Source: Candidatus Omnitrophota bacterium (GTDB taxonomy: Bacteria > Omnitrophota > Gorgyraeia > Gygaellales > Profunditerraquicolaceae). From it: DNA of 64,000 nucleotides. The stretch covers positions 14,932-78,931 of the forward strand of contig JAUSED010000005.1 of assembly GCA_030650425.1 (NCBI GenBank), written 5' to 3'. Positions 45,001 to 57,000 of the stretch are shown piece by piece (within the stretch, counting starts at the first letter, position 1; the number at the start of each line of letters is the position of its first letter). The position numbers and the translations under genes are program-made. The notes under the pieces were generated by a model. It saw only the letters and a list, made by a program, of their open reading frames with translations, searched no databases and was not told where the DNA came from.

Positions 45001-48000
45001 CCCGACGCGGAAAAACATCGTATTATCAAAGAGCTTAAAGAGTATTTCATCGGCCAAAATTATCCGATCGATGAAACGGACGGCCTTAGGATACTTTTCC
45101 AAAACGGATGGGCTTTGGCCAGGGCTAGCGGTACACAACCAATGATTATCTGTCGCGTTGAAGGAGGGAATAAGATTTCCTTGAGGACTAGCCTTTCCAT
45201 CTTATTTAGGAAACTTCGAGACTATCCCCGGATAAAAATAGGCCCTTGGAATGCTTATTTGGAAGAGCCCAAGGGATTAGCTAGAAGAATTGATTTAAAC
45301 GATCGTAATTTTTCTCTTAGAGAAACTGTTGGACAGGCGTTGCCTCTAGAATATTATTATCAGACAAATATGGAAGAGTTTGGGTTTAGTAAATACGTCC
45401 ACACTGAATATCCTTATGTTGGGCAAACAAGTTATTGCTTGGGGGGAGAATTTTTAGTGACTGAAGAGAACAAAGCCGATTATAAGGTGATTTATTTCGG
45501 AAAGATAAACAATCCAGATGGGCGCTACGAGGCAGAGATTTTGATTTACTACGCGGTAGTAAGTCATGCGATTCACATTGTCATAAAGGACGCAAGCAGA
45601 GATAGTTTTATTTTTGGGAGCAGTGCGAAGCGGGGCGAACTGGATTGGGATAAGGCTATGATTATTATGTACTTAGGAGAGGGTTTCAATGTTAAAAATG
45701 TGACGCATAAGGTAACTCCTATGGGGATGTCACGTTCTATGATAGCGATTGTTATCGAGGATGCGCATATTAGTAGATTTTTACCTGAACTATACCGGAT
45801 TTTTCGGATTCTTCTTGGGCTTCCAGAAGTCAATGAACAGACCAGAAGGGATGAGAAGATAGATAGCGCTATTGTTCCTTTAAGTTTAATCGTTAAAGCT
45901 AATGAAAATCCCGGAGATCTTAACGAAGATGAGATTGAGCGGGTCAAATCTTTTGTTTCTTATAAGAGTTGGGCGCTCAAGAGGATTGGGTTGGATACCT
46001 TAAAGAGGTTGCGTGGTGTAGGCAGGGTCACGGATAGCGACGTGGAAAAGTACGACAACGCAGGCCTAATGAGAAATGCTAATGAGGATTTATTACAGAT
46101 TGATAGATTGTTAAGGAGCGATAAGAAGTTATTGAACGAGGCTTTGAATAATTTAAATATACAGGCTGGTCCTGTTAAGCAGATGGAGCTGGAATATTTC
46201 GAGAGAGGGAATAATAAACAGGTGTATGTCAAATTTTGTGACGAAGAATTACCGACTATGGCTGTTTCTGTTATTCGCTATGGCAGCTTGGGAGTGGAAT
46301 TCAATAAACTGGCCATCATTGAATCGATGAGGCTCTGGGAAGACTTATCCGGAAATAGCATAGAAGAGATCGTGAAACTTGGCAGTTATCGCCTTATGGA
46401 AGATTATCGCCCTCGTTTTAGCGATATCAGCTTTTTGCCAAACGCCAGATATGAAGGCTATATCGATGTGAGTAGATTTATTTACAACAATATTGTTATT
46501 GTTTTCAGGGAATTTGCCGAAGGACGAAATTTGAAAAAGGTTTTAGATGATCCCCATGTTTCAGAAGCCCAAAAACATCTAGCGTTAGAGTCAGCCATTA
46601 GGACATATTTAAGGTTCTGGATAAAATCTAAGAATAAGGAAGGGCAGAGGCTATTTATTGGTGATCCCACGCCATTTAACATTGTTCTTCTTGAGAAGGA
46701 AGAAGGTTATTCCGGGAAGATCATTGATTTAGATGGTATTCAGGTAGTTAAGTCTCTTGAGGATTGTTTAACGATTCTTTTTAACGTTGGTTATGGCCGG
46801 AATACGATTTTAAAGATTGCGAAAGAGGTGAAAGATGCCGGAAACGTTAGTTCTCCCGTATCGTTAAGACACCGGATATATATAACAAGCCTTGGAGGAG
46901 GTTCAGGGCCCCAGAGACTGGCCAAGGGTATTATTCGCTATAACTGTTTTCTTTCTAATATTATAACCGTTTTTGATAATGCTGGGAGTACTGGCATTAT
47001 GCGCAGGGCTTTAGATATTCCTGCCGTAGGGGATTTACGCAATAGGCTTGTTACCCTGCTGCCTGAAATCAAAGAAAACAAAGTAATAGAAACGATATTC
47101 AATTATAGGTTTCCCGAGGAAAGAGAAACTAGAAAAAATAATGAAGAACTAACGGAGGAGTTAAGAAAAATAATTAAAATTAGTGAAAAAAGTTTAGGGA
47201 TAAGAGTGCCTAAAGTAAAAAAAGAATTTTTGCAAGGTTTAATAGAATACTTTATTCAGGAAAAGATTAAAAAGGAGCATGGATTCAGATTGTTTGAAGC
47301 GAATGTGGGTAATATCATCTTAGCGGGTAGATATTTCAGAGAGAAAGAAGATTGGGTTTCGATTATGAAAAAATTATGCGAGCTCTTTGGCGTAAATCGA
47401 TATGCGAAATTGATTCCTGTGAGTTCAGAGAATTTGGATATTGCCGCGCGTCTTGAGAATGGAGAGATTTTTTACGGAGAGCATGAGATTGCTTTTCGGC
47501 CAGATCAGGAAGCGAAGATTAAGGAAATATTCTTTGTTAAAAGAGGTTCACAAGAGAAAGCCGATTTACCTGAAGCCACAGAAGAAGCCTTAAATGATAT
47601 TGGAACCGCAGATATAATTATTATTGGCCCCGGGAGTATAACTAGTTATATCCCTGTTTTGTTAACTCGTGGAATTGCGGGAGCAATCAGACAATCTCAG
47701 GCGGCTAAGGTTTTGCCGGTCAATATTTCTTGGTATAACTTTAGAGAAGGCTTTGCGGAAGCCAAAGGATTAGCAGCTAGTGATATGGTGAGAATGGCAT
47801 TTGAATCGTTAAGAAACGCGGATGAACAGCCTAGTAATAGGATTAGCGATTACATTCAATATGCTTTATTGAATCTTCCAGTTTCCACTCAATTCTATCA
47901 TATTCCAGCTGATCTAGACAATATTCGCGCAATGGGGGTAGAGCCAATCGTTTCTAACTTTGAAGATGATTCTACGCCCGGTTATCATAATTCAGAAAAA

Positions 48001-51000
48001 ATCGCCAAAGCAGCTACAGAAATATATAAGCATTATCTTAATAATCGGACAGATAAGCCAAGTTCGCCTGTAGAATATAAAATTATTCCTATTGGTTTTG
48101 CCGATGATATTTTACAGATTTTAGACAAATTAAATATTAAAGGCGGTAGTATTGAAATTTCAAATGGCAAAGATTGGCTTACTAGAGAAGTGTATGAATT
48201 TGTGGATATATTGGTTCAATATCTCTTGTCGTTTGAGGATGTGAGGACTTTGAGATATTGGAGGGATGATTTAAAATTTGCCTTAAGGGAGGCGATCGAT
48301 AACTCGATTGCGCATGCAAAGGGAAAAGTTTGGATAATCTGGGGAGTAAAAGAAAACAAACTTATTTCTGAAGTTAAGGACGAAGGAGATAAAAAATTTG
48401 AATTGAATACTATAAGCTCGGGGAAAAGAATTTTAGACAAATTTTCTGATCCATTTTCGGATGGCAAAGGTATTGGGCTTAAAATTATAAAGAATTGTGG
48501 CGCGGATAATGTATATATTGTTCTTCTTCTGGATAGTTCTGAAAAAATTATTGGGAATAAGCTTGTTTTAGAGAAATCATTCTTCAGCTCTCCGGTAGAG
48601 GCAGCAGAAGGAAGGATGCAAATCTTGACTTATAGAATAAGTTATAACAGTAAATTTGAGGCAATGGTTATTACTGCTTCAAGCGCTATTTTACTAAAGC
48701 CAAGCGGAGCTAATTTTTATCTTTTGGATCAGCCTATCGCAGGCTCCCCGCTTAAAAATAGATTTACGGGGCTTGCTCCGCCTACGAAGATTGATCCTGC
48801 CGCAGCATTTAATCTTTCCAATACAGATGTTTCTTACACAACTTCTTCTTTACCAATAGGTTCCATAAACGCTCTACAATACCATTACTTAACTTTAGAA
48901 TCTGGAGATAAGTATTGTGTTCCCGGAATTGCCAGAATTGGCGTCTCCTCTTCTCCATTGTTATCTTCGGAGATATTGGGCTTAGTAGTATTATTATTTC
49001 TATTATCATCATTCGTAGTCGCTTGCGTAGTAGGATTGATTTATAAACTTATATCAACATTAGTATTGATTTCTAAACGTATATCAAAGAATGGCACAGA
49101 AGAGAGATCTTGGATAGAAGTTGCAGTAGAAGAGTTGGAAAACATGCCCATATTCCCCGTATACAAAGAAAGAGAAATAGAGGAGCTAAATAAACGTATG
49201 ATAATTTTTGGGCAGCTATTGAGAGAAAAAGAAAGAGGCATAATTGTTATTAGTAATTTGAGGCTGATAGGAAATGATTATTATGAAAGTAACCTTAGCT
49301 GTATGTTGGATAAATATATTAGGAATAATAATTTAGAAACCAATTTGCTTATTCAACTCGTAACCTCAGATGTTAAAAGTTTTGCAAGAGTTTCTTCAAG
49401 GATCTTACGTGAGAGAAGCGAGATTAAGCGTAACAAGATAGCTGTAGAGTTAATAGAAGATTTATCGAGGATGCCCAAAAGATTCACAGTGTTTGCTGAT
49501 CTGCATTCTGGAGGAAATACATCGATTGATAATGTTTTATATTTTAGCAAATTGGAAGAACTAAAGAGGCAGCTTACCGCTGAAAATTACATCTCTAGTA
49601 GTCCTTTAGTAGGAGATAATTCTTCTCTTCAAAGATTAAATATAAAGTTAACTAAGCAGGCCTTATCTCGGGGTAGAGTAGATTTAACCAAAATATATGA
49701 TTCTAAGCTTAAGTATTTTTTAAGATTCTTGGTTAAAAATAATCTTGAGGATATAATCCTTATGGGTGGTGGTGTCAGGGATATATTCTTTGATTCCGAG
49801 ATAACCGATGCGGATGTAAGCATTAAATTATGGCTAACTATAGAGGAGGTAGCCATTTTTGATAGATATCCGCGTTATCCCGCTAACTCAAGAATATACC
49901 ACCGCGTATTAGAGTTAACTGAAAAATTATCCTTGGCATTGGGAGAAGAAGAAAATAGCCTGCTATGTTTTAACCACAACCACAAAGTGTATTTTAACGG
50001 CTTAGAGGTTCAGTATGCCGGGCCAAGGGAGGTTACTGCTGTAAGCGGGCAAAAAGTTGTGATCAACCGTTTCACGGTAGATTCTACTACAAGAAGAGCG
50101 TTTACCTATGTCTGTGGGGCGTCTGCACTTTTAATGGGCCTGGATTGTTTTGGTAATTTATACGGGTTTTATCAAGAAGCGCTTGAAGATTTACTCGCAG
50201 GCAGGACAAGATTAATTGGCAGACATAATTTTACCTTTGGTATGTTATTGCGTATGCTTAGGCTAAAGCATCAATACGGACTTAAAATACCTAAAGATGA
50301 CTGGGGTTTTTGCCTTGAAGAACTACATAAATGGAAGCAGAGTGGTTTGTCTAACCTTATTTGGACTCCAGTAATAGATGAACAGTTAGAAAAGGTTATT
50401 TATAAAGCGCGAGATAAAAAGTCGGCAGAAAAGGAGTTACGCTTTTTAGGGGTAATAGAATTGGCTGCGAATTTGAAGAGAAGTTCTAGCCCTCTTAAGA
50501 CAGGCGCATTGGTTGGGACGAGGTTTGAGCAACAAGTTGCCCGGTTGATGGGCGTGGGGTCCCTTAGCGAAACCCTACGTGGTATTGATACTAGAACTAA
50601 GGAAGAATTAGCTAACGGAGCTATAGGGCAGATTAGCTCGTTCTTAGCGGCAAAAGGCCTTTCTCCGAATGAGAATAAAGCGGAATTAGCCAAACAAGAA
50701 GCTGCTGAAGGGGTAGAGGAATTAATACTTGACGTAGATAAAATTATGCTTAATCTTCGTCCCAGCTCGCCGGTAATAGGTAATGTTGGCGGCTTAAATG
50801 AAGAGAGAATAATCGAAGAAGACGCGCGGAGCATATTACATGATGCGCCTAGCTTCATAGGAGAAATAATCTTGAGGATATTTAACGATAAATTAAATCA
50901 AAATGATATCCGCAAGATGGATATTATTTCTATAGGCGAGGGCGGCTATTCTACTGTATTTAAAGTAACCATTAATGATAAATATGCCTTTGTTCTTAAG

Positions 51001-54000
51001 ATTACGGGTGGGAAAGGAAGGGAATTATTTCGTTCTGATTTGGAAGACAGGTCGGATTGCGTGCACATGATAAAGCTGTATTCACGGGATCACTTGGCTG
51101 TTCAGGGTAGCTGGAAGCCAGTAGAATATAAAAATAATTATTGGTATTTAAATACCCAAGAGTTCGTTAATCCTATTGATGCTAAAGAATTAAGCGAAGA
51201 AGATGGCCTATCGATTATCAAGGACACAGTTAAGGCCTATTTTATCACTTGCGGAATTGATGAGAAAGGATGGAGGAAAAATAAGTTACCTTATATATTC
51301 TCGTTCCCCATAGACGTAAAGCTCGCAAATGTAGGTTTTATTATAAAAGAGGGTAGAAAGATAATTAAAATATTTGATATTGATTTGGCTAGAGATTCCA
51401 CTCCTTTTAGGATTTGGCTTGTTTTAGGCACATTAATGATACGAGCTTGGAGTAATAATAGCGCAGAGGCGATATTTAAAGGGATAGAAGAAGCAATGGG
51501 CAAGAAGAGTGCTAACGAGTTTATAAATATAGCTTATAACGAATATACGGATTTACTTTCTGAACCAAACTTTACAATTAAAGAAAAAGAAGAGGGAGAC
51601 ATTGAGATGTCCGAAACAGTACCTGATTCTTACGGTAAGCATACCCGTATAACGAAGGTATCTAAGCAATTGATAAAATGGTTTGTTGAGCGATCAAGCT
51701 CGCCGGTGGGCAAATTTAGTATTATTAAAGGCATGGATGTAGATAGTAGATTAGTGGATGGAGTAACCAATATTAATTACGCTATAGGTAATCAAAGATA
51801 TGCTTGTTGGGTGGATGATAATGCAGCCATTATTAGTAGAGCTAGCGTTTACACTAATCATACCGTGATTGCCTATCTAGGAAATATAATAATAGGTTAT
51901 ACGGTGTTCGGGCCGCTATTTCATTATCCTATTTATGTATATCAAATGGCAGTTATGCCGAGGTATCAAAGTAGAGGTATAGGAGCAGGGCTATTTAAAA
52001 AATTAGTAGATTTTTCACAAGCCCAGAATATTCATAAGATAACCTGCCATGTGAGTATTAATAATCCCTCTGGAGAATTTTACTTTAAATTACCTTATAG
52101 GCTCAAAGAAATCGCTGATATTGAATACGTTCCAGATGGTATAGCTCCCGATAGTAGTCAGATTCTTAGAGTTGAATATAGGATAGAAGCTTCAGGCAAA
52201 AATGCTTTAAAATCCAGCTCTCCGGCGGAGAACTACCGAATTCACAATAGAAGTAGCCAGGAGCCAAAAGTATCTTTACTGTTTTCAGCAGTTACTACTA
52301 TTGATAAATTTACGCGGAATCACGTGTTTAGTATTATCGTCCTTGGTGTGTTTGCTTATGTATTTCTTAAACTGGGATTGTATCCGGATAGGATCATCAG
52401 CGGTAAAGCAAGCGGATATTTTGATATCTGCCTGGAAGCTGTCAAGGCCACAGTTCTTAATAAAGAATTTCTATGGAAAACGGGCCTTGTTTATCTTGTT
52501 TTCGGCACGCTAACGGATTATTTAGCAAAGCGCGCAAACAGAGAGACGTATTCATGGAAAGCGTTTAAAGGGGTTATAAAATATTCTATTCTAAAGGCCG
52601 TTTTTGTCTTTGTGTTCTTTATTGCCATTGCCGGGTTGGATAAATTTTGGCGCGTAATCTTCTCAGGAATTTTGCTTGGTTTTATCCTCTTGAATATCCG
52701 CAAATGGATGTTCTATTCTGAATATCAGGAAAAAAAATCAGAGGCATTGAAAAAGCGGACATCCGAGATGTATTGGCTGACGCGGATATGGATTTTTGGC
52801 CAGAATTTTATTGTGCAGGTTTTGTTTCCCATAGAGCGTAGGGCGTTAGCCAATGCCATAATTTCACAGCTGCATTCTTTGTACAATAGCTATGGATTGC
52901 ATGAACAGGGACCGTCTCTTATTAAAAGAGAGCTTTTGGTAACTAAGATAGAAAGCTCGCTATTTATAAGATGGCTAAGGTATGCCCAGAAGGCCTTAAA
53001 TGATTTCATTGTAGTTAAGTTTTCGCGCGCGAAGGTTAAATTTATTAATAAGTTCTTTGGCAGGGCTTGGGATAATTCTGCCGCACTCATAGTCTTTGGT
53101 TCTATTGCGCCATTTGTTATAGCGATTGATGCGCTGCGTAAAAATAGTTTTCTGAAGAATAAAGCAGCTGGGATCTTACAAGATCAACGGGGGAAATCTG
53201 TCGATCTTGATTCTGGCCCCTCCAGCTCGCCGGTGGAGTTAGAAAAAGCCAATAAGCAGTTTATACTTGAACAATTAAAAGAAGCTTTCTTGGGAGAATA
53301 CAATCGTTCCTTTGAAGGAACGTATGGAGTGGAATTGATAAATTCTGTTTTTGATATTGTTACACTTTTACAGGATGAAAATGTTATCCACAAAAAACAA
53401 ACAGCCCATAACCTACTCTTCACCAAAACAGAGCAAGGTTTATCAAAAGTCTATATCTTTCCCAGAAAATTCCAGACCCCTAGTGAACTTGGTACTGGTG
53501 TCGCTTTTTTTGAATTAGGCGGTGAGTTGATTGCTTTGATCAAGGAACATAAAGACATCCCAGCAGATAGTAAAATAACCAAAGCCTACGAGGATATTAC
53601 TAGCGTAGAAGAACTTATTCCAGAACTCGAAAATACCAGCTTGCCTGAACAGGAATTAAAAAATTTGAAAGAAAAGGTCGTTAAGAGGTTTATTGCCAGC
53701 TCACCGGTGAAGAAGATAATAAAGATTAACTTACTTCAGCAGCCCCTTGAAATCTTCTATGGAGATGGCTGCTCCTTTAAGAATAGCACGCAGGGTTCCG
53801 GGTTTGATAGAGCTAGAACCATGGAGAGGAACAACAACTCGGCGGGTCAAGTCTTGAGAATGGCCGGGATGGGCAAATTATCTTCTTTCATAGTTTCTAT
53901 ATATAATGAAACTGCCTCTTTTGCGTTACGTATAGCTTCCTCCAGAGTTTCTCCTTGCGTAGCGCAACCTGTCAAGCTGGGTATAGTTACAGAGAATCCT

Positions 54001-57000
54001 CCAGAAGGCTCTTTTTCAAGTATTATTTTAAATCTGCGTAGCATTTTTAACCTCCTTCTTGATAACATAGAGTATAACCTCTTCGGTAAAGTAAGTCAAG
54101 CCAAAACTGCGGATGCATTATTTAGCGTCCAATTTGCCCATAGCTCGCCAGTGGAGCCAAAAGGAACAAAATCGGCCTTACCTTATCTAATAAATATAAT
54201 AACTTTTGAGAGTAAACTTGGGGCAATGGTGATTGTTGCTTCAAGCAGCATTTTAGTAAAGCCGGATAGCAAGGCAAGTTTGTATCAAAAGAGTATTAGA
54301 GCAAGCTCTTCGCTTAAAGGTATCCACACAGGGCTTTCTCCCCCGGAAAGAATTTATTATACCGCCTCATTCAATCTCTCTATCGCAGATATTTCTTCCA
54401 AAACTTCCTCTTCGCCAATAGGTTCCATAAACGGTCTACAATATCTTGTGTCCCCGGAATTAACCCTTATGATTTTAACAGGCCTTAAATTTATTGTAGG
54501 GATATTGGGTATAGTAGGATTGATTTTGCTCTTTAAGATAATAAAACGAAGATATAAGCGTATAGAAAAATACAGAATTGAACATTTCTTTGCCCGAATA
54601 GATAAGGGAGATATCCGGGGAAAGGATGATTATGATAAATTGATAAAAATGATCAATAAAGAGATTTATATCTCGCCATCCCTTTTTCCATCCCCTTTCT
54701 CTTATAAAACATATTTCCACGAGGCAGCGCTGCAGAGATTTGGCAAATTCATAGGCTTTTATTTCTCCGAGATGCTTGGTTCTCTTACGTCTTTGAAAGG
54801 AAGGGGAGTCTCAGAGCAGAGGCATATTTTTAGAGGATACGCCTTCTTACCCATAAATGTTTTATATCGTGTTTTATCTAGTGATGAATATAAGGGTATG
54901 CAGAATATAGCTTCTAAGCATATGGAAACTTTGCTGGGAAAAATAACGGATATAGAGCCCTTAAAGATGCTGGTTAATTGTTACGATGGCCCAATTTGCG
55001 GTATGGTCGGTTTTCGTCTTGGCAAAATAGCAGATGTATCACTTATTCCTCTTATGGCAACTTGGTACAATAGCTGGGGAAATGAGCGTATTGCTGCTGC
55101 TGAAGCCTTAGGGTCTTTGATAGGCAAGATTATAAGCGATATGAATATTGATTATTTAGAGATGGTTTTGATGGACCCTCGACTTGGAGACTTTCATGAG
55201 CCTGTTTTTGGCGCTCTCTGTCTCGCGCTTGGGGAGAAACGCAGAGAGAAACATATTCAAGGAGAAAAACTGGAAAGGTTTGCCAAGCTTTTGGCAGGCT
55301 TTATCAAGGGTAAGAAAGGTGAGGTTACAACCCGTGCCGCAGGCTGTTTAATCCAATTAGGAGAGCCTGCAATGATGATATATCTTCAAGACTTGACAGG
55401 AACGAAAACTGGTATGCCTGAACAACTCCCTATACTGCCTGATATAATCAAGTGGGCTACCGAGAATCTTCAAGATATATCTATATTAGGAAAGCTTTTG
55501 TCTGAAGAGAGATATACCGGGGATAATGAGGATTTAAGAATAACAATTATTAAAAGCTTAGCTAAGATAGCTTCCCCTGAGGCTTTTGGGACTATGATTG
55601 AGTTTTTGGATAGAAATATAGGTCCCGGAGGTATCAATAAATGGGAAGTCGCGGAGGATATGTTTTTATCGCTAGTCCGCCGGAAGAAGGCAGAGGATAT
55701 GGTTTTATCGTTAGCCCTTAAGAATGTAAAATTATTGCCCTTTGCATTAGTTTTGCTAGGAGCAACAGCTGTTCGTAGTATTATTGTTTGGCGAAAGGTG
55801 ATGAAAAACCTTGGTGAAGGTTTAATAGATAGCATAGTGAAGCAATATGAAGAAGCGCCTAAAAATGAGCGCTTAAAAGTTGAAATTGTCAGGACCTTGG
55901 GAGAGAATAAGGTTAGGGTTAAAGAAGCGATTGATGTGCTTGAGCGAGCTCTTGAGGAGAAGTTTCCTTCCTTCCTTTCTTTACATGCCGCCTTGGCGCT
56001 TTTAGAAATCGATCCCTGCCGCTCCTGCCACTACAAGATGAAGTTAGAAAAACGTAATTTTTTAGATTCAATTTACTGGCCACGAAGAATTCTTACGGCC
56101 AAAAAAGGCAAATATGTTTTACAAATTGTAATAGATGCTAGAGGTGTTTATCGAATATTTAGGCCTGGCCAAAGACCAAAGAATTTTAGAAAGATACCCC
56201 TGAAATTAAAAAGCATATTTGATAGGGGTAGAGGGCTTATAGAACCAGCGATTGCCCCTGAGAAAAAATCAAGAATTGACGAATTCCTGGAGTTGGCAGC
56301 GCAATTAAACAAGAAAATTTACTCCAGCTCGCCGGTGGAGGCAAAAGCGGCTGGAAATCAGGGAGCCAACTGGCGGCGGGCCAATTTTTCACCCGAGACC
56401 TCACTGCTCTTTGCTATCTTTCCACTCCAAGAGCAAAAGAGGGCTCTTAAAAGATACAGGGCCTTAATGCGGGATGCGGCCAAGATTATCCCAGAGTATA
56501 ACAGGCCAGAAAAAAATGTAGACAGTTTATCCATCTCATCGCCTGTCAATGAGTTAGAAAACAAATCCGCAACGATAGGCCGCTCCAGCTCGCCGGCGGA
56601 AGAAAATAATTTGATAGAAAGGTTATTTCCGGTAGGCGTCTTCTCGAGTATCTACTCCATCGATGACAATGCTCCCGCTGACAAGATAGAAACAGATACG
56701 ATATTTCCCAACTCTAAATCTATGAGTGGCGGGAGGCAAGTTAACCAGAGGCTTTGCGAAATAAAGTGGTTTACCGGAAAAAATGTAGAGGTCGATCTTT
56801 TCTATGACGCGTTTCTGCAGTGGAAGAGAAAGCTTTTTAAATTCCCGTTCGCCGGCAGGAGTGAACTCAACCTTGGTAAGCATAGCAGGATTCAGGACAT
56901 CCCTAATTTATGCTTAATTTTATCAAAGGAGACCAATCCTAGCGCTTGGGCCTCCTCAATTCCTCTCTTTAATCTTGAAGCTAGTTTAGGATTAATCGGC

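Noticed and set aside
29497-50663. R2 copies as evidence of misassembly or chimeric contig
   Set aside because: This cannot be excluded without reads. The copies are 96% rather than 100% identical and have a synonymous-biased substitution pattern. That favours a genuine duplication.
53731-53877. Intact hicA toxin gene
   Set aside because: Only the C-terminal half is present. An in-frame TAA lies at 53878-53880 and there is no start codon. I call it a remnant.
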